Shown: positions 7,129-15,681, numbered from the stretch's first letter. The stretch: DNA of 34,605 nt from a virus (IMGVR_UViG_3300020045_005973:1-34605), one strand, 5' to 3'. A program made the numbers and translations. The notes: generated from the letters alone by a model not told the origin.

Positions 7129-8626
7129 CTTCGACGAGCTTAATGACGATGAAACACACTGGGTTTATAACGGGCTGGACTGTTGCGTAACAAGGGAAAT
7201 CTTCCACGAGCTACATAGCGTCTGCGATCCTGTCGCATTGGAAACCTACGAGTTCAGCAAAGCGCTTCAGGCCCCGGTGCTGGAAATGTCCCTTCGCGGC
7301 CTCTTGGTAAACAAGAACCGGCGACGCAAGGTCATCGCCCAGATGCGGCAGAAGCTAGACCAACTCGAGCAACAACTCTTGGTCCTCGTCCGCGAGGGTG
7401 TAGGTGTGGCAGACTTTAACTGGCGCAGCCCAAAACAAACCAACGACCTGCTCTATGGGGTTATGGGTTTGCCGGTACAGAAGAAAAGGAAGGCAGATGG
7501 TAGTTATGGACCCTCAACGGATCGAGACGCACTTGAGAAGTTATCCATGTACTTCATCGCGGAGCCAATCATCAACCATCTCCTGCTCCTTCGTGACTTG
7601 GGTAAGTCAGTCGGGTTCCTTGAAACACCGATTGACAGTGACGGGCGGTTCAGAACTTCGTTCAACATAGCTGGAACCGTAACCGGCCGCTGGTCCAGTG
7701 AAATGACTGACTTCGGCACAGGGAGTAATCTTCAAAATGTTAACGCAGCACTTCGTTCTGTTTTCGTTGCTGATCCAGGCTACAAGTTTGCTAATCTTGA
7801 TTTGGAACAGGCAGACGCTCGCAATGTCGGTGCTATTTGTTGGAACACTTTTATCGATCATCCAGATTGGGATGAAACCAGTGCCGGTAAGTACCTCGAC
7901 TTCTGCGAAAGTGGTGACCTCCACACCAACGTCCTGAAAATGTCCAACCCAAACCTTCCCTGGGGAGTAGACGGTAAGACTGATCGCCAGGTTGCGGATG
8001 AGCCCGCTTATCGCCACCTCACCCATCGAGACCTAACCAAAAAGCTTGGCCACGGCTCCAACTTCATGGGCGAGCCGCCTACCATGGCGAAGCATTCAAA
8101 GCTTCCCGTCGCCATGGTCAAGGAGTTCCAGGCCAATTACTTCGCCGCCTTCCCTTGCATCCCTGCGTGGCATGAGAACGTGGCGTGGCAGGTCAAGCAC
8201 CAGGGCTTTATCCAAACACCGTTTGGCCGCAGGCGTTTCATCTTCGGCCGCCCTACTGAAAAGTCCACGCTCCGTGAGGCCGTGGCCAACAATCCGCAAT
8301 CCATGACAGGAGATGAGATTAATAATGGAATACTTAAACTCTGGCGCGCCGATCGGGTACAGCTCCTGGTCCAAGTCCATGATAGTATACTCTTCCAATA
8401 TAGAGAGGAAGAAGAAAACGAGATCATCCCTTGGGCAATGGAAACCCTCCCCACGGAAATTACATTGGCCAAGGATCGTCGCTTTTGTGTTCCTACCGAT
8501 TGCGCTGTGGGGTGGAATTGGGGCTATCACAGCTCTGATAATCCAGACGGGTTAAAGAAGTGGAAAGGCGGTGACGATCGCAAGCGAGAAGAAACCGCGT
8601 TCCAACTCTCACTATCGGACATTTAA
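7097..8626 (+). CDS. polA: Family-A DNA polymerase (ExoIII + polymerase domain)
   Basis: YNGLD (ExoIII), FNWRSPKQ, TVTGRWSS, NLQN, motif A DLEQADAR, motif B R-x3-K-x7-F, motif C VHDS; GTG 7097 has a GAGGGA RBS. Confidence 0.95.
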   Translation: MAKIINTAEFNFDELNDDETHWVYNGLDCCVTREIFHELHSVCDPVALETYEFSKALQAPVLEMSLRGLLVNKNRRRKVIAQMRQKLDQLEQQLLVLVREGVGVADFNWRSPKQTNDLLYGVMGLPVQKKRKADGSYGPSTDRDALEKLSMYFIAEPIINHLLLLRDLGKSVGFLETPIDSDGRFRTSFNIAGTVTGRWSSEMTDFGTGSNLQNVNAALRSVFVADPGYKFANLDLEQADARNVGAICWNTFIDHPDWDETSAGKYLDFCESGDLHTNVLKMSNPNLPWGVDGKTDRQVADEPAYRHLTHRDLTKKLGHGSNFMGEPPTMAKHSKLPVAMVKEFQANYFAAFPCIPAWHENVAWQVKHQGFIQTPFGRRRFIFGRPTEKSTLREAVANNPQSMTGDEINNGILKLWRADRVQLLVQVHDSILFQYREEEENEIIPWAMETLPTEITLAKDRRFCVPTDCAVGWNWGYHSSDNPDGLKKWKGGDDRKREETAFQLSLSDI

Positions 8627-9831
8627 TGGCTCGCCAGCTTCGTAACTTTATTGACGGCTTTACCCGCTATATGGCAGACAAAGGCTCGCCTGACCTCTAC
8701 ATAAAGTGGTCAGCAATCTTTGCCATATCAGCAGTGCTTGAGCGTAAGGCGTGGATCACCACGGCCAAGGGCGTCCTTTACCCTAACCAATACATCATCT
8801 TGGTTGGCGGCGCTGGGATCGGCAAGTCCATCTGCACCAGAGTCGTGTTTGACTTAATCGACACGGTGAGGCGGAGCGGTGGGGTGTTCCACATTGCGCC
8901 CACCTCTGTAACCAAGGCCTCCCTTATCGACGCACTGGACGCAGCCGAGCGCTCCATCATCCGCCCTATGGCTACCCCGCCTGTCGTATCATTCAATTCC
9001 CTCACCATCATCCCCAACGAGTTTGGCGTGTTCCTTCCCTCATGGGAGGGTGACTTCATGTCCACCCTAACTGACCTGTGGGACTGCGGCCGCTACGCTG
9101 AAACCCGGCGCACCAAGGCTATCAATATTGAGATACCCAACACCCAGCTCAACATGTTCAGTGCAACTACGCCGGCGCACCTCACAAACCTCCTTCCCGA
9201 AGGTGCGTGGGAGCAGGGCTTTATGTCTCGCGTCCTACTCGTCTTCTCTGGCGAGATGAAGCACACACATGTATTCACCCAGCTGCATCATGACGATGCG
9301 CTATGGAAGGAGATGGCCCACGATATTAAAGCCATCTATTCTCTATTCGGTGAATTTACGGTATCCCAGGATGCGCAGGAAGCTATCAATGCTTGGGCGA
9401 AGTCTGGTGGAGCGCCTGCTCCCGACCACCCCAAGCTTGTCTCCTATTGCGCCAGGCGGATCGCCCATGTACTCAAACTCTGCATCATCGCTTCCGCCGC
9501 CGACTCCGACGACCAAATCATCACGCTTGAGCATTTCGCGGAAGCCCTTGATTGGTTGGTCGAGTTGGAAAACTTCATGCCCGACATTTTCAAATCCCTC
9601 AAAGTTGGCGGGGATGCTAGAGCGATCGAAGAATGCTGGCACTACTCATACCAGTATTGGATGAAGAAGAGCGAGCCAGTACCGGAACACCTGGTCTATG
9701 CATTTCTGCAAGAGAGGGTTCCGGTACATAACGTCGAGCGTATCATCTTGGTTATGTGTAGTGCGAAGCTGCTGACCAAGAAGTTTGCTAACAGTGGCGG
9801 TGCTGCGTATGAACCTAAGCGGCGGGCTTAG
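8626..9831 (+). CDS. DUF3987/YfjI-like P-loop NTPase (putative replicative helicase)
   Basis: LYPNQYIILVGGAGIGKS Walker A, EFGVFL, LTDLWD, ATTP, QGFMSR; coupled to polymerase (TAATG). Confidence 0.7.
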   Translation: MARQLRNFIDGFTRYMADKGSPDLYIKWSAIFAISAVLERKAWITTAKGVLYPNQYIILVGGAGIGKSICTRVVFDLIDTVRRSGGVFHIAPTSVTKASLIDALDAAERSIIRPMATPPVVSFNSLTIIPNEFGVFLPSWEGDFMSTLTDLWDCGRYAETRRTKAINIEIPNTQLNMFSATTPAHLTNLLPEGAWEQGFMSRVLLVFSGEMKHTHVFTQLHHDDALWKEMAHDIKAIYSLFGEFTVSQDAQEAINAWAKSGGAPAPDHPKLVSYCARRIAHVLKLCIIASAADSDDQIITLEHFAEALDWLVELENFMPDIFKSLKVGGDARAIEECWHYSYQYWMKKSEPVPEHLVYAFLQERVPVHNVERIILVMCSAKLLTKKFANSGGAAYEPKRRA

Positions 9832-10496
9832 ATCGGCACTTCTTCCCACAGCAGCTGGCCATGTGCACTGATAGTTGTAGTAGACACAGTGTTAAGCAGC
9901 GCAAGTATCCCGCCAGGCGGAACGATAAACGCGCCATTAATCTCTTCCACATACATCGTTGTGGGAGTTTGAATTGCGGTGGAAACCGCAGCTGTAGTAA
10001 TGACGGTAGGGCTAGGAAATTCTGCACTATGCGCTACAACGAGGTTGCTGCTTAGGCCGGTAAGTGCAACTCCAGCTACACCTTTACACTTACTGGCCGC
10101 ACCACCAAGAAGCCTAGGTACAGGCGTTGAACCCGTAGTAAGCGCATTGTTTCCAGTAGAACTGGCCCAGACAAAAATACCAGGTCCTGTTGCTCCGGCA
10201 TTGTTAATCCCAGCAGCCAAAGCTGCCCGGAGGATCACAGCATTAACCCCGCTGCCCAACGGATTGTAAACCCCAAGGATTGGTGTGGTCGTAGCAGTCA
10301 ATGAAATTGTATTAGCCGAGAGGGCAGTCAAGGCCACAGGCCCATTGCTAAACAGGTTCCCCCGCATAGTCTGTTCATAGTACTGGCCATGCAGCTGCGA
10401 AGTAATAAGCTCACCTTGCCGACCACCCCTAGCCTGCACCATCTGTGCGCCATCGGCCTGGTTCTGTACACCAACATTCATTTGAATTGAGGGCAT
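9828..10496 (-). CDS. Hypothetical late protein (222 aa, Ala/Gly/Thr-rich; possibly virion-associated)
   Basis: RBS AAGGA; beta-rich composition; ends WEEVPI. Confidence 0.75.
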   Translation of the reverse strand: MPSIQMNVGVQNQADGAQMVQARGGRQGELITSQLHGQYYEQTMRGNLFSNGPVALTALSANTISLTATTTPILGVYNPLGSGVNAVILRAALAAGINNAGATGPGIFVWASSTGNNALTTGSTPVPRLLGGAASKCKGVAGVALTGLSSNLVVAHSAEFPSPTVITTAAVSTAIQTPTTMYVEEINGAFIVPPGGILALLNTVSTTTISAHGQLLWEEVPI

Positions 10497-10506
10497 TTTA
10501 AATTCC

Positions 10507-10722
10507 TTAAAGTAAGCTGTTACGGATATCTTCTACTTCGTCAGTGATGCCTAGCCCAATCTGTAACAAAGTAGAGATCACGCGAAGCTCAACAAGGATA
10601 AGGCGTAAATCATCATCCTCTTCTATAGGCAACGGGTTGGTGCGGAGCTGGGTGTTGGTAAGACCCTTGCTAGCCATAGCACCGGGACTGGTCGCGCCAG
10701 TTGTAGGCGGTTTCTTATTCAC
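10507..10722 (-). CDS. Hypothetical protein (~71 aa)
   Basis: GTG at 10722 overlaps the o-spanin TGA. Confidence 0.6.
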   Translation of the reverse strand: MNKKPPTTGATSPGAMASKGLTNTQLRTNPLPIEEDDDLRLILVELRVISTLLQIGLGITDEVEDIRNSLL

Positions 10723-11018
10723 GGACAAGCGGCCGTAGCAGCGTACAGCTGTTCACCATAACCTTTTCTTACCAGCCCATTTTTACTTACCAGCGCGGCC
10801 TTCTGTGACATGCTTAGGCCCTTGAGCTGGATCGGCGTGAACTGGTCCCGAAGCGCAACCACCGCCTCTGGCCGCTGCCCAACGCAAGGCTGGGCTACCG
10901 GCACCGACACCCTCACTATCCGGTCCTGAACAACCACCCTGCTGCAGCCTGTAACAAGCATGAGCGATGCAAGCAGCCCAACCGTAGCCAGACAACTAAT
11001 CATGATCCTAATCATCAT
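10719..11018 (-). CDS. Rz1: Outer-membrane spanin (Rz1-like lipoprotein)
   Basis: Signal peptide with lipobox VTGC, VSVPVAQPC, terminal ACP; follows i-spanin. Confidence 0.8.
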   Translation of the reverse strand: MMIRIMISCLATVGLLASLMLVTGCSRVVVQDRIVRVSVPVAQPCVGQRPEAVVALRDQFTPIQLKGLSMSQKAALVSKNGLVRKGYGEQLYAATAACP

Positions 11019-11485
11019 ACCCCCTCCGCGATTGCAATATCCAATGCTTCTTCTGCGTCCTTAACCAAGGCTTCGCAGTCTTTCTTAACTCCCGGCGTAA
11101 CAGCTAAGTCCCCAAGCCGACGCAGAGCAGATGCCCGCTGAGCCCTCGCCCGATCTGCAACTTCCTTTAGCTCCGCCGCTTTCCCACGCAGTCTTTGCGC
11201 CTCTTGAGCCATACTCTCAATCCCAGCATTCTGGTCTTGAATAGTAACTCGCAAGGAACGGATGCTACTCCCCAGCACTCGGATCTGGCCGGCCGCTGTA
11301 TCCCATTTCACATCTTGGTTATCGCTAGCCTCTTTCAGCGCAATGACTACAATCCCAGCTTCTTTATCCAGCTTCGTGTACTTCCCCTCCCAGTCCCTGG
11401 CTTCACTCTTCCAGCTCGTACCCCAGGCGGCGGTTCCGGCTAAAGCTACAGCTGCTGCGATACCACCGCCGATAAGTAAATTCAT
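11015..11485 (-). CDS. Rz: Inner-membrane spanin (Rz-like)
   Basis: N-terminal TM, long coiled coil, single Cys near the C-terminus (KDCE). Confidence 0.78.
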   Translation of the reverse strand: MNLLIGGGIAAAVALAGTAAWGTSWKSEARDWEGKYTKLDKEAGIVVIALKEASDNQDVKWDTAAGQIRVLGSSIRSLRVTIQDQNAGIESMAQEAQRLRGKAAELKEVADRARAQRASALRRLGDLAVTPGVKKDCEALVKDAEEALDIAIAEGV

Positions 11486-11607
11486 TTCTGACGCCTTTCG
11501 CTAACGGTCTCGGCTGGGTGCAGGAACGCATAGGTGCGGGTAACGAACTGCCCAGTCACGGCACTCCTAAACACCATCCAGTATTTCAGTGCGTCGATCC
11601 TGTTCAT
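11482..11607 (-). CDS. Small protein (41 aa) with RSAVTGQFVT...HP.ETV.E motif
   Basis: MNRIDALKYWMVFRSAVTGQFVTRTYAFLHPAETVSERRQK; ATGA overlaps on both sides. Confidence 0.65.
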   Translation of the reverse strand: MNRIDALKYWMVFRSAVTGQFVTRTYAFLHPAETVSERRQK

Positions 11608-11744
11608 GAGATAATTCCCGGCGTAAGCAACGTGGCTACCCAAAAAGCCAGGCCAACTGCGACAAGATTTGCGCGGGTAGGAACGCCGATGGCTGCTAGA
11701 ATAAAGCAAACCAGCGCGATGATGAGGAAGATGTTTACAAGCAT
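11604..11744 (-). CDS. Small two-TM membrane protein (46 aa; holin/antiholin candidate), not in ORF track
   Basis: MLVNIFLIIALVCFILAAIGVPTRANLVAVGLAFWVATLLTPGIIS; RBS AAAGGA; abuts endolysin stop. Confidence 0.75.
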   Translation of the reverse strand: MLVNIFLIIALVCFILAAIGVPTRANLVAVGLAFWVATLLTPGIIS

Positions 11745-11745
11745 G

Positions 11746-12291
11746 TTATAGTCCTTTTAAACAAACTTGGCGCTCATGATTGCGCCGATTAATCAAGCCC
11801 TTGTACACCTTCCGCACACCAGTCTTGCGATCCCGTGCTGTAATAAACCAGCCTGGCAATGCATCGCAAACTGCTTTTATCTCACCTACATTAACCACTG
11901 GTGCAAACCTTACACAGACCCGTTCCGGTCCTGCGTTATAGCTTGCATCGAGCAACGCAGCATATACCTGCGTGTACTTTTCCCAGTCCGGCCCTACCAT
12001 CACAGGCATACACTTTGCCAGCACTGGTGCGTAGTCCGCCGCCAGCCGCTTCCGCAACTTAGTTGCGCACTGATCCTTGGAATAGATAACCGAGGGATCA
12101 ATGTCCTTAGTTTCCCCATAACACTGGGTAGGGATATTCGCTGGGTCCAGGTACGTCTTACCTACATATCCTTCCCACCGCTGGGTGAGGGGGATGGTAA
12201 CAGCGATAGTAGCTGCGATGGCCAGGCCAATAGTAGAGCCTGGATGCTTACCAACGAAGTTAAGTTTAGGCTGGTTGCTAGGCAATGGCAT
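11746..12291 (-). CDS. GH24 lysozyme endolysin, probable SAR type
   Basis: E-x8-D-x5-T triad (WEGYVGKTYLDPANIPTQCYGET), YNAG, GLINRR..E; weakly hydrophobic N-terminal segment IGLAIAATIAVTIPL. Confidence 0.92.
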   Translation of the reverse strand: MPLPSNQPKLNFVGKHPGSTIGLAIAATIAVTIPLTQRWEGYVGKTYLDPANIPTQCYGETKDIDPSVIYSKDQCATKLRKRLAADYAPVLAKCMPVMVGPDWEKYTQVYAALLDASYNAGPERVCVRFAPVVNVGEIKAVCDALPGWFITARDRKTGVRKVYKGLINRRNHERQVCLKGL

Positions 12292-12556
12292 CAGCTTTTT
12301 CCTCTATCTTCTTTTCCACCTTCGCCTGCATCTTTGGCTGCTGAACCAGCCGCGCCAAAATGATTGGGCACCCCACCACGATAAATACCATGAGGCCACC
12401 CACCCCAACCTGGATTGGATAGGGCATGAAAGCGAGGAAAGCGAACACGGCTAGATAAGCCTGCCCGAACGCACCGATGAGAAATGTAAGCGCTGCTGCT
12501 AGGCGTATTGTGATTGCCCGCCGCAGTACGGTAGGCCATTCTTCTACAAGTTCCAT
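12278..12556 (-). CDS. Putative holin (2 TM, charged C-terminus)
   Basis: Two hydrophobic segments, charged tail, directly upstream of endolysin. Confidence 0.65.
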   Translation of the reverse strand: MELVEEWPTVLRRAITIRLAAALTFLIGAFGQAYLAVFAFLAFMPYPIQVGVGGLMVFIVVGCPIILARLVQQPKMQAKVEKKIEEKADAIA

Positions 12557-12565
12557 AACTATTCC

Positions 12566-12952
12566 CTATGGAGCAAAGCCTGATTTAAGCACGAACCAGG
12601 CCCCGCCGATTGCACCAGCTACTGCCATGAACATAGGACTGCGAAGGATCGCCCCGATCACTCCGTCTCGCCCACGCTGTTCACGCAGTTGCAGTTCCAA
12701 CGCAACAACTCTTATCTCCATTGCGTTGAGACGATCTAGCGAACCTGTCCGTGCTTCAAACATAACCTTGATCTGTTCTTCGATCCGAGCTAATGCAATC
12801 TCATTAGCGTGACTTACTCTTGTCCCCTGTTCCACTCGTTCCTGTATCTCCTTTTGTCCCGTAAGGATACTATCGAGCTGTTGTTGCCTGCTTGAAACTT
12901 GTTGCTTGAGGTCTTGATAACCTTGTAACAAATCTTCCTGAGAAACTGTCAT
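12566..12952 (-). CDS. Coiled-coil protein with C-terminal TM (lysis-associated)
   Basis: Heptad-rich N-terminal part, hydrophobic C-terminus FMAVAGAIGGAWFVL. Confidence 0.7.
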   Translation of the reverse strand: MTVSQEDLLQGYQDLKQQVSSRQQQLDSILTGQKEIQERVEQGTRVSHANEIALARIEEQIKVMFEARTGSLDRLNAMEIRVVALELQLREQRGRDGVIGAILRSPMFMAVAGAIGGAWFVLKSGFAP

Positions 12953-12990
12953 AAAATTGTGATCCGTTTCTTAACTCACCCCGTTTATTA

Positions 12991-15606
12991 TTAGCCCAGC
13001 ACATGAATGGCGAAGTAGGTTTGCGCGGCCAGGACGCTGTGGCTGGTGTCGCTGGTCGAAAGGTTGAGTTCCAGATAATCCGCCAGCGCGACGTTGACGG
13101 GAGCCGAAGCGCCGGACATGACTGGAGCAGTGGTCATAGCCCCCGAGGCGTAACTGTGGCCAAAAGATTGCAGGAAGAACGCGCCGTTTTTCTGTACCCC
13201 GAACCAGTTGACGGCACCCGCGAACAGCGACAATTGGATGCCGTAGCTCAGGCTGATCCAACTTATGCCAGCGGGGATAATGATGCGCGAATAGTTGGTC
13301 GCGGTGTGCGTCCCCGACTGCGAGCCTGTCGTGTTGATCGCCGCACCGCCGGTTGTCGCGGCGAGCTGGAAGGTGTTGGCGGCGGGGTTGATAACATAAT
13401 AAGTGGTGCCTGCAACTAGGCCAGTCGGCAGCGCTCCGGTGGTGGTCAAGACAATAGGCGAACCGGCCAGAAAGTTATGCCCGGTCCAGGTTACAACGCC
13501 TGGCGTGGCGATGGTTACGGTCACGGTCGCGGCGAGTCCGTGGAAGCTGCTGGTGTCAAGGTCCTCGGTGTTGAATGGGAGGATGACACCGCCCGCAGGA
13601 CCAGACGAATTGAGGGTCGTCGTGTCCGCTGACATACGCAAGATGCAACCTTGGAATGTGCCGCCGACTGTGCCCGTGCCGCTGGAAATGGAGGTAACGC
13701 GCCCCTTGGCGTCCACCGTGACGTTAGAATTAGTATAGCTCCCCGCCGATGCACCGGACACGGCAAGTGTAGTGGCGTTCGATCCCGCCGCCGCTGTAAC
13801 GTCGCCGGTGAGGGCCGCGCGCTGCAACAGGGGGGTGCCGTCCACGTAGGTCAGCGAGGCATCAACCATCGCACCGATAGCGTCCTGTGCCTGTTCGTCG
13901 GTGTAAGCGCCAGGCACCCCAGCAACCACTGCTTCAATCTTATCATATACAGCGTTCTTAGTTGGCACTTCTAATGAGGCGTTCCAACCAGCCCCATATA
14001 CTTCGTCAGGTACAAGAACATCACCAATAAAAGTTGCACCAGACAACTGGGCATATCGAGCATCAGCATCGGCCTGACTGATACCACCAGTAGCAGTTGG
14101 TGGAATAGAAGCGCCCTGTGTTTGCAGTCGGATATTATCGATGCGAAATGACAGTGCCCCTCCCACTACGGTAACACGAAGCTGATCTCCAGATGTTCCT
14201 GCCGCCAGCACAAAATTGGCCATTGGGATTGCAACAAACTGATAAGAAAGAGTGCTCCCATTAAAACCCCAATAGCCAGAAGCAACGGTTATAGGAGAGC
14301 CTAGTGCAACTCCATTATTGTACCATTGCACACGCAGTACGCGGCTTGTTGGAAAAGCTACAGTAGGTTTAATATGCAAGTGTACTACATCGTAGTCAGT
14401 TAAAGTAATAGCTGCCCCATGGTCAAGCGAGACATAGCCATTAGCTGCTACCGCCGCTGCCTGGATATGGGTTGTGCCGGCCTGTGGATCAGTGGTCGAG
14501 CCAAGTGTCCAGCCCGCGCCCGAGGTCGAGCCGGTCCATTCGGTGTTTTCAAGATAGATATTTTCGTTCGAGACGCCCGCTGGTGCGGTTAAAGCAGCTC
14601 CTACCAAGACAAAGGTGCGCTTGAGCTGCAATGATGGATCAACGTCAGGCTCAGATGGATCGGCCGCAGCAGTTCCTGTGATCCCCCCAAAGTCTCCCGC
14701 CGTGTCAAGATATAGCACATCAATGCGAGGGTTTGAACCATCTGCAGCTGAAAGTGTGTGGGTCTGTTCGGCTGAGGAATAGAGTGTGCCGGCGATGTAA
14801 TAGGTCGCTGCCGAGATACGGAAGGTGAGGCCGCTTTCCCACGCGACAATACCACCCGAGGCGATGCCGTTAGGTATTACAGTTTCGCCACCCCCGACTT
14901 CACCAGAGGATGGAAAAGCTATTGTACCTGCCGTGTCATCGTAAGTTCCGCCGGCAGCAACAACCATCGCGCCAATAACGTCTTGAGTTAACTCATCCGT
15001 GTACTGGGTTATATCACCAACGTAGAGGATATTCCCGTCCGTAACCGCTGCGTCAAATTGCGTTTTAGTCCCAGTAATCCCTACGATACTGGTTTGGTCC
15101 CCTGTGTTAGTGCCAGAGGATGTACCAGAGAATGTACCATCCTGTGTAGCCAGCGTACCGAGGCCGAGGTTGTCTCTAGCCTCTTCCGCATCTTCTAAAT
15201 CGGACAAATTGTTTTCATCTAGCAGCGCGCCTTCATTTAATTCGGCAACCTGCTGGATCATCATAACCTGTTTATCCAGCTGCTGCTGAATAACTATAGG
15301 GAAGAACCCGCCCTGGTTTATAATGTCAACTTCTTGTGTGTATTCTACCTCACGCCGAATGACGATCTCATAGGTGGAGGAAGGTGCGGCTACGAGCAAG
15401 GTGACAGAGCCGCCAGCATCAGGGTAGTCTGTATCAACAGTGTAGTCCGTGTCGAGCACATAGGTTGTGTCAACTACATCAGTCGCAGCTACCCTCTTTT
15501 CCACAATGAGGTCTGCGTCTGCGAGTACCGTGAAGGTAAAAGCAAACTCAGTAGTTGCACCGTTGCCGAGGTAAACCACTTCTCTTGTGGTTGTTGCTAC
15601 CGTCAT
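12991..15606 (-). CDS. Tail fibre / receptor-binding protein (871 aa)
   Basis: T7 gp17-like N-terminal anchor (YLGNGATTEFAFTF...IRRE...QQLDK), NNLSDL..ARDNLGLG, fibre motifs SGTNTGDQT, LTGDVT, VTVDAKGRVT; RBS AAGGA. Confidence 0.9.
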   Translation of the reverse strand: MTVATTTREVVYLGNGATTEFAFTFTVLADADLIVEKRVAATDVVDTTYVLDTDYTVDTDYPDAGGSVTLLVAAPSSTYEIVIRREVEYTQEVDIINQGGFFPIVIQQQLDKQVMMIQQVAELNEGALLDENNLSDLEDAEEARDNLGLGTLATQDGTFSGTSSGTNTGDQTSIVGITGTKTQFDAAVTDGNILYVGDITQYTDELTQDVIGAMVVAAGGTYDDTAGTIAFPSSGEVGGGETVIPNGIASGGIVAWESGLTFRISAATYYIAGTLYSSAEQTHTLSAADGSNPRIDVLYLDTAGDFGGITGTAAADPSEPDVDPSLQLKRTFVLVGAALTAPAGVSNENIYLENTEWTGSTSGAGWTLGSTTDPQAGTTHIQAAAVAANGYVSLDHGAAITLTDYDVVHLHIKPTVAFPTSRVLRVQWYNNGVALGSPITVASGYWGFNGSTLSYQFVAIPMANFVLAAGTSGDQLRVTVVGGALSFRIDNIRLQTQGASIPPTATGGISQADADARYAQLSGATFIGDVLVPDEVYGAGWNASLEVPTKNAVYDKIEAVVAGVPGAYTDEQAQDAIGAMVDASLTYVDGTPLLQRAALTGDVTAAAGSNATTLAVSGASAGSYTNSNVTVDAKGRVTSISSGTGTVGGTFQGCILRMSADTTTLNSSGPAGGVILPFNTEDLDTSSFHGLAATVTVTIATPGVVTWTGHNFLAGSPIVLTTTGALPTGLVAGTTYYVINPAANTFQLAATTGGAAINTTGSQSGTHTATNYSRIIIPAGISWISLSYGIQLSLFAGAVNWFGVQKNGAFFLQSFGHSYASGAMTTAPVMSGASAPVNVALADYLELNLSTSDTSHSVLAAQTYFAIHVLG

Positions 15607-15621
15607 CTTAGTTCCTTGAGC

Positions 15622-15658
15622 TTGGTATGGCCGTACCCATTAAGTGTAAGGCCATACC
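15622..15658 (-). repeat. Leader hairpin, copy A (upstream of tail fibre)
   Basis: GGTATGGCC/GGCCATACC stem; 18-mer TTGGTATGGCCGTACCCA matches 29025-29042 at 17/18. Confidence 0.8.
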
Positions 15659-15681
15659 TACCTGCACCGCTTTATCCGCTT

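Noticed and set aside
11482-11709. 75-aa ORF as listed in the track
   Set aside because: Its 5' part overlaps the better-supported 46-aa membrane ORF; real start is more likely ATG 11607
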